Source: Eledone cirrhosa (lineage: Eukaryota). Taken from it: a stretch of 64,000 nucleotides of DNA. Shown one piece after another: positions 39,100 through 53,449 of this stretch; within the stretch, counting starts at the first letter, position 1, and each line of letters begins with the position of its first letter. The notes under the pieces are model-generated. The model had not been told where the DNA came from. It ran no database searches and worked only from the letters and a program-made list of their open reading frames with translations. A program made the position numbers and the translations under genes. The DNA lies in the NCBI GenBank assembly GCA_964016885.1, contig OZ024740.1, positions 232,934,001 to 232,998,000 on the forward strand. Reading direction: 5' to 3'.

Positions 39100-40158
39100 C
39101 GCCGACGGACATACACATACATATACATACGCACACACAAATACATACACATGCGTGCGCATGTGTGTGTAAACTTTATACATTCCTAGAGTATTTTCAC
39201 CAAACTTAAGACATAGGTTACTTTGTACTCCGGATGGTCATGGGCACTTTCATTTTTCCAGATATTGATTATAGGGCCTCCCGCAGATAACCCCCTTCAA
39301 CCACTTCCTTGGAGTCGACTGAAGCACTGCAGTGCAATGCAACACAACGTCATAACTTCGGGAGTTCGCAAACGATTTTCACAAAACTTGACACATGGGC
39401 TACGTTTGTTCTACAGATGAATGTCAAAGGAACTTAACATTGTAACTTTAACACACCTACTGAGCGCCCCGAGCAACGCCGGGCTTTACTGCTCTAGGCG
39501 ATAAAGTTGTGCAGACAGACAGTCGGGCTGATAGACAATGGAGGCATGCAGACAGACAGTCGTGCAGAGAGGTGGTGTAGGCGATAAAGTTGTGCAGACA
39601 GACAGTCGTGCAGAGAGGTGATATAGGCGATAAAATTGTGCAGACAGACAGTCGGGCTGATAGACAATGGAGGCATGCAGACAGACAGTCGTGCAGAGAG
39701 GTGATATAGGCGATAAAGTTGTGCAGACAGACAGTCGTACAGAGAGGTGATATAGGCGATAAAGTTGTGCAGACAGATAGTCGTTCAGAGAGGTGATAGG
39801 CGATGAAATTGCATTTTTTGTTTTGTTTTTCATGTCCATCCAATTTCTTTGTTTCAAAATAACTGATAGTTTGGTTACGCTGAGACAAGTGTTGCAGTGT
39901 TTACATTTTCGATTTTTGTTAATAGATTACCAGTGTAGTTTTTATTCCCAGCATCCTCTTTTGTTTTAACATTCGAGTTATGGTTATGTTTACTTAAGTT
40001 CATAAGGCATACTGTTGGTTGAGGGAATATTAATAAAAAGTACCACATGAAAGTCTACACTGTAGGCTCTACAGTTTTTAAGCCAAGAAAGGAACTTAAC
40101 ATTGTAACTTTAACACAGCTACTGAGCAGCCGCGTGCAACGCCGGGCTTTACTGCTAG
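39100..40158 (-). mobile_element. Non-autonomous Helitron/Helentron (DINE-1/HINE-like) element
   Basis: The minus strand starts actagcagtaaagcccggcgttgc (40158, repeated at 39497). It has cgattttcacaaaactt motifs and internal (CAGA)-containing repeats. The left boundary is uncertain. Confidence 0.6.
39496..39812. repeat. Complex minisatellite (47-bp and ~35-bp subunits)
   Basis: aggcgataaagttgtgcagacagacagtcg recurs at 39496, 39579, 39626, 39708 and 39754. Confidence 0.9.
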
Positions 40159-40428
40159 TATATATATATATATATATTATTCAAAATATTAATAAATGAA
40201 AAATATTCTCATAACCAAAATTTTATTATATATATTTCAAAGGTACAATGGTGTTTCTGTAAGTTTTCATCAGATAAAATATATGAGAGATTGGATATGC
40301 GACGTACCGCCAAGGTTTTGATTATTCAATTTCACTACAGGAATAATATTAAATATTCCTCCAAAATACTGTCTAATCTATTGTAAAATTGTAATCGTTG
40401 AATAATCAACGAATCATATAAACTTTAG

Positions 40429-40475
<47 letters not shown>

Positions 40476-40508
40476 ATATACACACACATATATATATATA
40501 TACACATA

Positions 40509-40546
<38 letters not shown>

Positions 40547-41084
40547 GAAAAATCGAGAATCGGAATATCGGCCCACGAAATCACGATAAACAATATCCGA
40601 CATGTGTGGCAGAGGGCTCAATAATTTGGATAAATCAGAGCTATAACCATCGTTAAATTACCAACACATAGAGATTATGCCTAAAATCACCCGTGCAGCC
40701 GAAAAAGAACGACCAGGAAGATTCGGGTCACTCAAATAAAATATCAAAAAATTAATAAATTAAATGAATGTAAAAAACTCACCCGGACCCGCTAGAAAGG
40801 TGTTAAATCTAGCTTCTTGAGTTTCTGCAATTCCTTAATCCAATCACTATCAGCCCACATAAAAAATATATAAGACTTCTAGAGAAGGGGTGGACCCGAA
40901 CAGCTTTCTCAACGGGATTTCGTCCGACAATAAGGAGGGGACCTATAGCCAAAAACGCACATGGTACTCAGCAAGGGAGATAACCCCTATATTAGCGAAA
41001 GAATTCGGTGATGTGCAAATTATGTAAGAATACAAAATATCACATATCGAATCAGAGTGCTCGACAGACGTGTTAAAATAAACA

Positions 41085-41201
<117 letters not shown>

Positions 41202-41214
41202 TGTATATATATTA

Positions 41215-41825
41215 TGTCAGGTCACCAGTTGGTGCTACTGGTAACATGTATCCCAGTACAACCTGTCTCATGGTCGGGTCGTTGGCGACTAAACTGGCAA
41301 CCCCACAAAGGTTTCTTGGTGAGGAGGGTGACTTTGGACATCCTGCAGGACTAAAAACAAAACCTGTCAAAGGGCAAAGGAGCTCTTAAGAGTCAATGGC
41401 CATCCAAAATCACCGGGAGAGATGACCCCTTAGCCTTTGTCAAGGCAGAATTCTAGGAGAAGGAAAACTCTGATATAACACCTGCAACCCTGATGGTATC
41501 CAATGATGTTGACTTGTTCTTCTTTTTGGTAAATATCATCTTGGTTAAGAGAGTGGGACTGGCTTTGTGCAGTGCCTTTGCTCACTATAAAAGCTTCACG
41601 GCACAGGCATTGCTTTATATCTGGAGATCTCTCTGCACTTGTCCTCACATGGTACCATGGGCCCAGCACTATGTGTCAATAATTGTCACAAGTGTAGTGT
41701 TTGTACCAGAGTTTTCAAGTCGCTGGCTGGACTAAAAAGTCACACTCGTTCAGCGCATCAGTAGGGGTTCTCCTACATGGATATAAAGTAGTGGCCGTAC
41801 TCGAAAACGAGTTGGCAGCCACCAT
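41215..41825 (+). mobile_element. Internally deleted RTE derivative (5' UTR-like part plus 3' zinc motif), TA-flanked
   Basis: The 3' part encodes CSVCTRVFKSLAGLKSHTR, typical of RTE/BovB-type C-termini. A related piece lies at about 46255-46385. Confidence 0.55.
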
Positions 41826-42464
41826 ATATATATATATATGTATGTTTATGTGTGTATATATATATATATGTATATATGTGTGTGTGTGAATGTTTCTGTT
41901 GACACCTGGAATACAACTTAAGAGAAATATGACAATAATGATTTGATAGGCACCCAATATTTTGAACTGGTTTATAGATTTCTCTTGGCTTTGTCACTCT
42001 AAGTAGAGCTTTAAAGAATTAGCTTTTAAAGAATTTCACTTTTCTTTAAATCCATCAACCATGACCGACCCCCAACCATCTTATAGACACCTGAGATATA
42101 GGCATTGTTAACTTAAGAGAAACTTAAAAATAAGGAGTGGCACCCCTTTCTGAACTTGTTTATAGAATTCTTTCTGCCTTTGTCACTCTAAATATAAATT
42201 ATAGCCTTAAAGAATTAGCTTTTAATGAATTCCCTTTTCTTTCAACCAATGATCCCCACGCATCCCACTCCCCACCCTCTCCTACCACCCGAAAAGATAT
42301 AAATACCACAACATTTATTTTTGGAAAGCCAGATTCCTGATGATTTCTAAAGAATGAAACAGTTCTAGTCCTGTAGAATCTCATCTATATTAAAACTGTT
42401 ATACTCTGCTATGTATTGAGTACCTTACTTACTGTGGTTACCTCCGATTCAACCCGGAATAACG

Positions 42465-42498
<34 letters not shown>

Positions 42499-42499
42499 T

Positions 42500-43343
42500 A
42501 GAGAGAAGAAACATTTAGATATAATTAGTAATAAAATGTATCATACCTAAACTGCTCCTAAATTCCTCGACTACGTAGTTTCGTGGCATAAACAAAAACA
42601 ATATATCATAAAGATATAGAGTACCTACGAGGTCTGCCGACTTATCAAGAGGATACCTCATTTTACTAGTCTCAAGAACGCGTCTACACGACGTGAGAAA
42701 GAATCCCAAAAGGCGGAGGGGGAGATAGTCACGCGATATAACGGTCGAGAAACAGAGCTAAGCCTCTTATAACCACGAAGAAAATACTACGGAGGCGGAG
42801 GGGGTATTCATATCGAGGCCGCAGAAGAGGTGGTGAAGAAGGCTAGAAGTATGAGTAATGGAAGCTTTCCAGTTGTCCCCACACTTCAAAGATTGCTCGA
42901 CAAGAGGCTTAGCTCTGTTTCTCGACCGTTATATCGCGTGACTATCTCCCCCTCCGCCTTTTGGGATTCTTTCTCACGTCGTGTAGACGCGTTCTTGAGA
43001 CTAGTAAAATGAGGTATCCTCTTGATAAGTCGGCAGACCTCGCAGGGACTCTATATCTTTATGATATATTGTTTTTGTTTATGCCACGAAACTACGTAGT
43101 CGAGGAATTTAGGAGCAGTTTAGGTATGATACATTTTATTACTAATTATATCTAAATGTTTCTTCTCTCTTCATAATGTATTTTTAACTCTGATACTGGT
43201 TCAGTCTGGTTCAACTGAATTGGTCTGTCCCGGTCATTCATTGAGCAACATCGGTGAAGTTGGCACCCTTAACTCACAGTTGGGTGCGGATGCATTCATG
43301 TATATATGTGTGTGTCCGCATGTATCTGTGTGTTTCTAAATAT
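42500..43343. mobile_element. Palindromic HHR element family C
   Basis: Minus arm 42500-42852, plus arm 42903-43168 and a tail to 43343. TA-flanked. Confidence 0.82.
43017..43106 (+). ncRNA. Type I hammerhead, U3-A8 variant, long stem II loop
   Basis: tcctc-TTGATAA-gtcggca[~50 nt]tgccac-GAAA-ctacgtag-TC-gagga. Mirror copies at 42564-42653 (-) and 6193-6280 (-). Confidence 0.78.
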
Positions 43344-43347
43344 ATTG

Positions 43348-43380
<33 letters not shown>

Positions 43381-43562
43381 GCCATACAAAACTGTTCCCA
43401 GATGAGAGTGAATGAGGAAGGGACCAATACTGTCTCGTGCCGGGTGTAAAGACAGAAGGCAGGGGCGGACAGGTCAATGTCCTGCCACTGCCACTAGAAA
43501 TAGCAGCAGTTCAAACGACCAAAATGTTATCTCAAACTTAGGGGACATTAATAAAAATAAAT

Positions 43563-43948
<386 letters not shown>

Positions 43949-44560
43949 TATATATATATAAACATTTTGAACACAGATATCTATATATCTCTCTTTATTA
44001 TATTGAATTATATATATTACACAGCCCGGAACATTTTTTCTGAGTTTCTGACTCAATTTATACTTTTGATATATATATATATATATATATACCTGTATGT
44101 ATCCAGAAGGCAAACAGAAGTAATAAGGTAAACGCCACAATAGAATGAAGAAATATATCATTTGTTTTACGGTTGATATAGTAGGAAAAGTGTGTTAATG
44201 TTTCTAACGCTAATGTTTCACCTGAAAATAGAATGAGAAATTGTTCTGTTCTACACCATCGTGGAATTGGACAGAACAAGATGGTGTAAAAGAGAAAAAA
44301 AGGAGAAATGAAAATAAGAAATTAGTATCTAAGGAGGTCAGAGAATGTGTGACAAAAGAGCTTTGACAATAAACAAATAAACAAGCATACGGTTATCAAA
44401 CCAATCAACTGGAAATTTGAAACAAGTTGAAGTGAAAACCGATAAATGCGTGTGTTTTACTGGTAGCATGGCCCTCCCAAAGTATAACAATATAAGTTCC
44501 AACGCACGGTTTTAGATAAGAAATCTTGCAATAGAAATACAAAAACGAAGTATACACACT

Positions 44561-44633
<73 letters not shown>

Positions 44634-44742
44634 TTATACGTATCTATGTATTTATATATATATTTCATATATGGTTATATAATGTAAATAACTAACCTTT
44701 GTATATACAGTACGTATAAACATTTACATTATATATTTGCAA

Positions 44743-44838
<96 letters not shown>

Positions 44839-45245
44839 CCGTATATGTGTTTATGTGTATATATTTCATCTAGACCCGTTACGATGTTCAACAGACTGAG
44901 TTTATTTATAGTAATGTGAGGACACTTAACTTCTATAATTTATTGAGAAGAAATTAAAGATGATTATTTAACTAGTGAAAATGATACCAGAGAACATGTG
45001 TCTTAGTATGACAATTTGTGGCGTATACACACACACATGTACACACACACATATATATATTGCGCGTGTGTGCTGGTGTTTGTGTATGTATGAATATATA
45101 TATATAATATACATATGTGTGTGTGTGTGTGTGTGTGTATGTGTGTGTGTGTATGTATGTATGCGTGCATGTATATTCATGTTTAGATGTATATATCAAT
45201 CCTGCTGGTACTACTATTACAAATTGTCCTATATACGCCCGTACG

Positions 45246-45359
<114 letters not shown>

Positions 45360-45431
45360 CATATACATATACATATATATACATGTATATACATATATAC
45401 ATATATATACATTTATATATGTGTGTGTGTG

Positions 45432-45465
<34 letters not shown>

Positions 45466-46427
45466 CTCATACACTCTAAAATTATACTTCAACATATATG
45501 TATCTTTTACTAAGTAGATTGACCAAAGTAATTTAATGAAGCCACTTTTCCCGACACTTATAATAATTTATTTATTTGCCTGGTTAGTTTGGTTTAAATT
45601 TGCACCTTAGACACTCCAGATAATATTCTAATATTCTATCGGCAATGGGCCAGGTTTTGGTTTAACCTTAGAACAAAAATATCATTTTCCCTCTCACATG
45701 TCTGATTGTGTGGTGAAGTCTGGTGCACTGTCACTCATCACAGTTCTTTTGACAGAGAACCGTATGGGGTTGATATCTGCTTTCAAACATGGTGCAGACA
45801 GGTGCTGAAAAAGTCACCCTAGGATGTAACAAAGTTGTTGAGCTGATGAGTGGATAAATAATGAGGTAAGTACAACGAGAAATAAAAATGATGTTAATAA
45901 TTAATCATTCAAAATCATCCTAAATTCTGTTGAGAATAACTTAAGTTAATACAGTTATTTCAATACATTTTATAGTTACGTATGTATGTATGTATGTATG
46001 TATGTATGTATGTATGTATGTATGTATGTATGTATGTATGTATGTATGTATGTATGTATGTATTTTGGTATGTATGTGTGCATGTATGTATGGGTGGAAA
46101 AGGGCGGAAGAACTCATATGAATCAACAGCCATCCAACAATGTGTAAATATGTATATACATATGTACATAAGTATGTATATGTATATATATATATGTAAA
46201 TGCATGTGTGCATATGTGCGAGGACATAGAAATAACCGTCCTGGATACCCGATCAGGTGGTTAAACCACTGGGAGTGAAGGACCCCTAGCCTTAGTCAGG
46301 ACATTCTTCTAGTAGAAGGTAACTACTGGCTCAGTGCACAGTATTTCTTCACTTAAAAAAAAATCTTCACACACAGGCATTGCACGATAGAATTAATCAA
46401 TAATTATTAATAATTGTTTCTATTTTA

Positions 46428-46601
46428 GGCACAAGGCCAGCAATTTACCAGTACATTACTGGTACTTCATTTTATCGACCCCGTAAGGATGAAAGGCAAA
46501 GTTAACCTCGGCTGGATTTGAACTCAGATCATAAAGGGACGTAACTCTATGCTTCAAAGCATGGTGTCCGACTCTCTACCGATACTACCAATCCACCGCC
46601 C
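46428..46601 (-). mobile_element. SINE copy
   Basis: Reverse-complement consensus. Confidence 0.9.
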
Positions 46602-47199
46602 TAATTATTAATAATGTTATATCGTTCATTGGCCATACTCGATAACGAGGGTGCAGCCATCATCTATGTATGTATGCATGCATCCATGTATGTATGTTCT
46701 CTCTCTATCTCTAAATTTTGATTTTTTTTTAACCAAGATGATAAACAAAAAGAAATTGTCATCGTCTTTTGTGCAAACCTTCATCCTTTGAATTGTATGA
46801 ATATTTTACAGATTTTTAATTTTCCAGATATTGCAGCCAATTACGACTTATAAATTAAGGTGCCACCTTCTTTCTCCACAAATCCAAGTTTAATTATGGT
46901 TTGGTTCAAGTAGGTTGGTATATGAAGTGATGCTCTTCTAATAACGGGTACGAAGCTGAACGTGTATCTTGGATACTGGATCTGAAAACTCCTCATCAAT
47001 GGTTTGACTATATCCAACTTTTCTTACATTTTTCTTATTACATCGACATCAAATGGGCAATTGACATACTTATAATATATATAGTCGCATACAACAACAC
47101 CAGATCGGTTGTGCTAAATTTGTACGCGGTTTTTATTTTGGGTTCCACCATTATTGCTTTGAGAAATCAATCTTAACATAATCCTTCCTATTTGATTTT

Positions 47200-48290
47200 T
47201 CCCCTCTTCCGCAATGCATTCCAGCTCGTACTAGCCATCACATCATGCCGCATGGGGAGGTAGTAATATTTCTTCCCACTTAACAATAATGCGGCTAATA
47301 TATTTGGTCTTTATATTGCACGGCCCACATTATTGTCAACTGATGAAAAAATCCATCCATTCTCCGCCCATCCCCAGAAACAAAGATTTTTCGATTTTTC
47401 TTCAAACGATACAAACAGTACAGATTAAAGGGCACCAGTGACCTGAGGGCTAAGCGAGACTTTTTAATTGCTCTAGTGACCTCATTCCTATTTAGGTGGA
47501 GATTGCCGTTCTTTCGAATCACTCCGGTCCACGTCAGGCTGTCAGATGAAACATGTGCAATGAAGTTTACTCTTAACTACATCTTACTCTTCGGGATGTA
47601 TTTGTATTCCGACACACTCTTTGTTGCATACACTTGCATAAGCTTCAAGACCAAATACTTTCCTCCCAATGGGATCCAGTCCATATCAAATCCTGACGTG
47701 CAGTGCCCTGAGAGTAGCTCCACTCCACAGCCAGCTATGCAGTCATTTCTGGCACCACACATGAATAGTGGAGTTTCCATCTCCCAGCCAAATCTACAGT
47801 ACCAGAGCCACAGAATTTGTTGAGGAAACTCCGATTATATTTAATCTTTAGCATTTCGCCTCCTCCACTAATCCCCGCTCCTTAGCTGTAAGGGTTGTAA
47901 AGTTCCAGTTACCAATGGTCAATCAACTTTCGCCTACATCCAGACGCCTGGGATCCCAAAATACATAACCTTATGCGTCCACCCCACAACTCCAAGGTCG
48001 CATATCCCTCGCCAATTCCTATAGCGTTGGATAGAGAGTGCAATATATTTTCCTAACAAGGTCTTCTAAATGAGGCCTAGATGTATCCCTTATTACCCTG
48101 CGCGAACGATGATACGGTATAAATGTTTTATTGCATCTAACCATAATGTAGTTTTTGGTTGTCTTATTCGCGCCAGTCACCAATTTGGTACTTTTCTGAT
48201 ACCCGCGAAGTCTAGCCTTTACTCACTTCGTCGTAGCTACATCACTGGATTCCTTGGAGCTATTACTTGCTTGATTGTCCGGCAGTAGTC
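47200..48290 (-). mobile_element. RTE-like LINE 5' part (APE), decayed
   Basis: LKLMQVYATKSVSEY resembles the APE QVYAP motif. Homologous to 19880-20150. Confidence 0.55.
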
Positions 48291-48467
48291 CGCTTATATA
48301 CACTTTACCTTCATACCTGGTGACCGTATTGTTAGAACGTACTTTAAGTAGGTGACACGAGTAATTTATATGTATCGCAGAAAACCTATTTCGGCTTTCT
48401 GAAAAGCACAGAAACTGTTACATTCACATTTCGTATGTTTGTTGAAGTGTTAATATTTTGTTCTCAT

Positions 48468-48498
48468 TACAACAACAAAAACCACAGCTACAATAACA

Positions 48499-48529
<31 letters not shown>

Positions 48530-48530
48530 T

Positions 48531-48572
<42 letters not shown>

Positions 48573-48649
48573 GACTACTACTGCTGCTGCTGCTGATGAT
48601 GATGATACTGTTGCTGCTGCTACTGTTGCTGCAGCAGCTGCTGCTGCTT

Positions 48650-48714
<65 letters not shown>

Positions 48715-48755
48715 GTTACTGCTGTTGCTGCTGATGGTGCAGCTGCTGCTGCTTC
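48468..48755. repeat. (CTA/CTG)n tract
   Basis: Seen directly. Confidence 0.9.
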
Positions 48756-48949
48756 ATATTGAACATGATGCCTAGTTGTTGATGTGGACTTGTTCACACT
48801 ATAGAGGTTGTAGTGTAGATAATGGAATTAATATTAAGTTTGAAAAAAGTGGAAATGAGTGGAGAGTTCTGGTTGTAAGTATTGATATTGTTTTTGTTGT
48901 TGTTGCTGTTGTCTATGGCGTTAGTTCGCTTGTAAAGTTTGCAGTTATT

Positions 48950-49476
48950 GTGGATTGGCAGTATCGGTAGAGGGTCGGACGCCATGCTTTCCAGCACAGT
49001 TACGTCCCTTTACGATCTGAGTTCAAATCCCGCCGAGTTTGATTTTGCCTTTCATCCTTACGGGGTCGATAAAATAAAGTACCAGTAATGCACTGGGGTT
49101 ATTGCTGGTCTGGTGCCAAAAGTAGAAACAATTATTATTGTTTATCGGAGGGTCGGATTGGCAGTATCGGTAGAGGGTCGGACGCCATGCATTTCAGCAT
49201 AGAGTTACGGCCCTTTACGATCTGAGTTCAAATACCGCCGAGGTTAACTTTGCCTTTCATCTTTACGGGGGTCGATAAAATAAAGTACCAGTAATGCACT
49301 GGAATAATTGCTGACCTTGTGCCAATAGTAGAAACAATTATTGTTATTTACAATCTGAGTTCAAATCCGGTCGATGTTAACTTTGCCTTTCATCCTTAGG
49401 GGTTCGATAAAATTAAGTACCAGTAATGTACTGGGGTGATTACTGGCCTTGTGCCTCAAGTAGAAACAATTATTGT
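48950..49476 (+). mobile_element. Three tandem SINEs
   Basis: Copies 48950-49138, 49155-49342 and 49352-49476 (truncated). Confidence 0.9.
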
Positions 49477-49783
49477 TATTGTTAATGCTGCAGTGTTGTT
49501 TACATAGCGGCACGCGAAACGCAATACTACATCCAATAACAACAATGACTAATTCCCTAACACGTCCATCGCGACACTACTATCATTATCACCGTCTTTA
49601 CCACTTTCTCCTCCCCCACTATCATTACCACCTTCTTCTCCCCAACCTCTTCCACTACACCTACATCACGCCATTCCTGTATCACTTGGCGAAGTGACGC
49701 TCGTGTCTTCAGAGATAAGTTTGTAAATGATAACGATCACAGAAAGAAAGTAAATGAGATAGACTAGACAAAAACGCACACAT

Positions 49784-49815
<32 letters not shown>

Positions 49816-50027
49816 TGTATGTATGTATGTATGTATGTATGTATGTATGTATGTATGTATGCATGTATGTATGTATGTATGTATGTATGTATGTATGTAT
49901 GTATGTATGTATGTTTGCATGTATGTATGTATGTATGTTTGCATGAATGTATGTTTTGTATGTTTGTATGTATGTATGTATGCATGTATGCTTGTATGTA
50001 TGTATATATGTAAGTATATATGTATGC

Positions 50028-50111
<84 letters not shown>

Positions 50112-50136
50112 ATATTTGCATCGATATATATATATA

Positions 50137-50331
50137 TAACAAAGGTGTGATAGGATACCAGGTCGACCTTATATATATATAGAAAAAGAGTTAGGACCCC
50201 GACGGCTGAGCTCCGGCCGTTTCGACAGCTAGATCCGAACTCTGAGTCCGGATCTAGCTGTTGAAATATATATATATATATATATAGTGAAAAATGGAAC
50301 GGGAACAAAACAGAGAGGCAGTACGAACGAA

Positions 50332-50386
<55 letters not shown>

Positions 50387-50533
50387 AACGAGTAGGAACC
50401 CAGAATTAGCCGTCGAAACGGCTTGAGCTCAGCCGTCGGGGTCCTACTCGTTCCTATTACCCACTCTACTACCCTAAGTATTGAGTACTTTGGTGCGTTA
50501 TGGTCCACCTGGTTCCTTACCACATTTCCTTCG

Positions 50534-50536
<3 letters not shown>
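50137..50536. mobile_element. Two family A fold-back elements
   Basis: 50137-50267 (divergent, hairpin centre about 50243) and 50383-50536 (18-bp inverted stub plus long arm), each TA-flanked. Confidence 0.75.
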
Positions 50537-50589
<53 letters not shown>

Positions 50590-51241
50590 TACTCTATTAC
50601 GTGTTCCACTCGAGAGGCTGAGGGTTTGCTGGGACATCACCATTATATATAAATATATATATAGAGAGAGAGTGAGGGTTGGAGAGGAAAGTGAGTGGGA
50701 GAGAGAGAGAACGACAGAAAGAGAGAGAGAAATATAGATATAGAGGAAAGGGCGCAAAACAGAGAGAGTGTTAGATATTGTTGCAGTTAAGGGGAAAATA
50801 AAGGCAGAAGGTGGTGTCAACGCTTGACCGATGCCGGCATAATACAGTCATATTGAGTGAGAGCTTATTGCAGAATTTAGTATAAGTAGATTTCAAGGGA
50901 CAATGCTGACTTGCATTACATTGGATTGCATATGTTCACAATTAATACTTAGCGTGGCAATAAAGTCCCTAGAATAAGTCTTTAAATGAAAATTCACAAC
51001 ATATTGAAACTAAAATTCATTTATTCTGCAAAACATAATCTCCATTGAATGAGACAGTGCTTACGCAAAGCATTTTACTCTTTCTGGAACCGTTCTTCGG
51101 CTATTGTCGAAATCAAAGCAACGCATTATCCACCTCCTCTTCTAATGAAGTGAAAACAAATTTAATTTTTTATATTCCAGTAACATGTGCAATGCAATGC
51201 AATGATTGTTTTGGTTCTGCATCAATGATACTTTGAATGAG

Positions 51242-51472
51242 TTAAACGTTGTCATGAATAGTGGTTGTGCAAGGACTGCCAGAACGAGGAACATCAATAA
51301 GTGATGATCTTCTGCCATCTTTGAATTGTTTCACCCAATGAGAAATGGTTGAATTTGTGGAAACGTTGTTAATTCCACTCTCCTTCAATTGTGAAATAAT
51401 ATTTGTTGCTGATTTGCCTCGTTTCCATTCAATGGAAACATATACTCTAAAATGTTCTTGACTTAAATCCAT
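51242..51472 (-). pseudogene. Mariner transposase N-terminal HTH fragment
   Basis: FRVYVSIEWKRGKSATNI...TISHWVKQFKDGRRSSLIDVPRSGSP matches mariner HTH W..rFk.G..sL.D.pRsGrP. Confidence 0.8.
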
Positions 51473-53060
51473 TTGATGAGAGTACTATAAACCCACAAGA
51501 TCGACAACAAAATAATTATGCATGGGCCTGTGACAAAATACAGCATTCATACAGAATATCACACATGTACAACAGAGTTCAAATTTCAACTAATATTAAC
51601 TACAATTACTGCTATATACGACACACAGCCTACTATTCTAAAGATTTTATTGCCACGCCATATAGAGTCTATATGGGATTTAGACAGCATATGTATGTGT
51701 GTAACAAATGTCTACGCCTGTGGGAGCTGTGCATGTGTAACCACTCTGTAAGTGCGTGAAAAACTGCAATTGTCCGAAGGTTGAGGGTATGTGTCACTAT
51801 GCATTAGTTATTATCCTGGTGTGTGAAAAATTTCACTTTTTAATAAAATGTGTGTGCGAGAGGACAGGGATTACACAGATAGTTAAAATTTGTGGACTTG
51901 TGCTACTTTTTAAGTATCTTTCATCTTTTGCCTCTACACAACTGACACGCCATCGAGTTATTTGAATAAATTCGAGATCTTTCCATGATTCGCCATTTGA
52001 TGGAGAAATTTAGGTTGCTATAATTAAGATCCCAAGCGTGACTAGCGGGCTTAGTTTTTTAAATCTTTTGTACATATATCTGATTTTCGTCTCAAGGTGT
52101 AGAAAGAGGTTTGTAAATCTATCTTACATAGATCATGGGCTCCTGATGTTGGTTTGGTTGAGTCGCAGTGACCTCAGCAATGTATATCACGGAGGGCACG
52201 TTGCATACGCTGTCTAGGACTCCTGTCTCTGATCTTCTACCTGAGCAATCTGGTGTATATGAAATAATGGAGTTACTAGTTATGTAATACCTAAATATTC
52301 TAGTACAGGAGTATTCTATTGTAACCGTTTATCTGCTAAATATATTTCTATACATATGGCCTACAGCGAGATATTTGTCTATACGAGCAAATATTTATTT
52401 CCACCTTTGGACTTAATATTTAGTAAGAAGAGGTGCACTATTGTAGAAGGGGGCTGTTTTATTAAAATATGCTTATTTGAAGAAACGTTAGATATTCTCT
52501 CATATATTTTAACTACTAAGTTCCTGGGGATTATAGGTGGGTGAAATAAATGTCCCTTAACACTAGATTAGAACAAGAAACTCCTTCAGTGCTGATCAAC
52601 TATTGATAAGCAAAACAACTCCATTGAGATTCATATACGATTACTACTCACATAATTGGGACGCTACTACTGCAATAAAACCAAACATTCTGGACTGCAT
52701 CTGAAATAGGTCATGAGGCTGATTAGTAAATATATTTTCAAAACTGTCACAGAATATAAAACACAAACACGATTTACCACCTTTTTGTCTCATACATCGC
52801 TAATACGAACCCTTATCTTTAACTAGCGAGCTACATATTTGCATCCCTAATGTGTCGCTCGCTCCTCACCTCATCAAGCCTGCAGTGTCATATTAAGCCT
52901 AAGTCTCATATAAAGCAATTTGGGCATCGCTCTCCTTGGAATTCCATGATCGTTTATAATTTTCCTATCGACATATAGCGATTGACAAAAAACATTTCGA
53001 TAGAACAACAGCCGGGTTTATTCCTCCAGTCTATGAGTGATATCTACAATAGTCTAACCC

Positions 53061-53131
<71 letters not shown>

Positions 53132-53449
53132 AATTCTAAACAAAAATGTATGAGTCCCTTAAGCTGCATTTTGGATAACGTTTTCTATCAAAGTACTGTG
53201 AGTACCAACGTATATGCATACTTAACAATAGTAATCTGTAACATTACGATTTACATACATTTATGCCAACGAAGACTTCGCTTCCCTCTCTTTATAAGTT
53301 TAACAAATGAGTACTGGAATCCATATAAGCACCAACCATCCTCGAAGATGCTAAGCAGGCGTTGTCGAAGGAAAACGACTGAAAACAATAAATTATTTAA
53401 AAAAAAAAAAAAAAAATTTGTGTGCGTATACATATATATATATATATCT

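Noticed and set aside
40240-40280. Minus-strand CTGATGA...GAAA
   Set aside because: Stems I and II do not pair.
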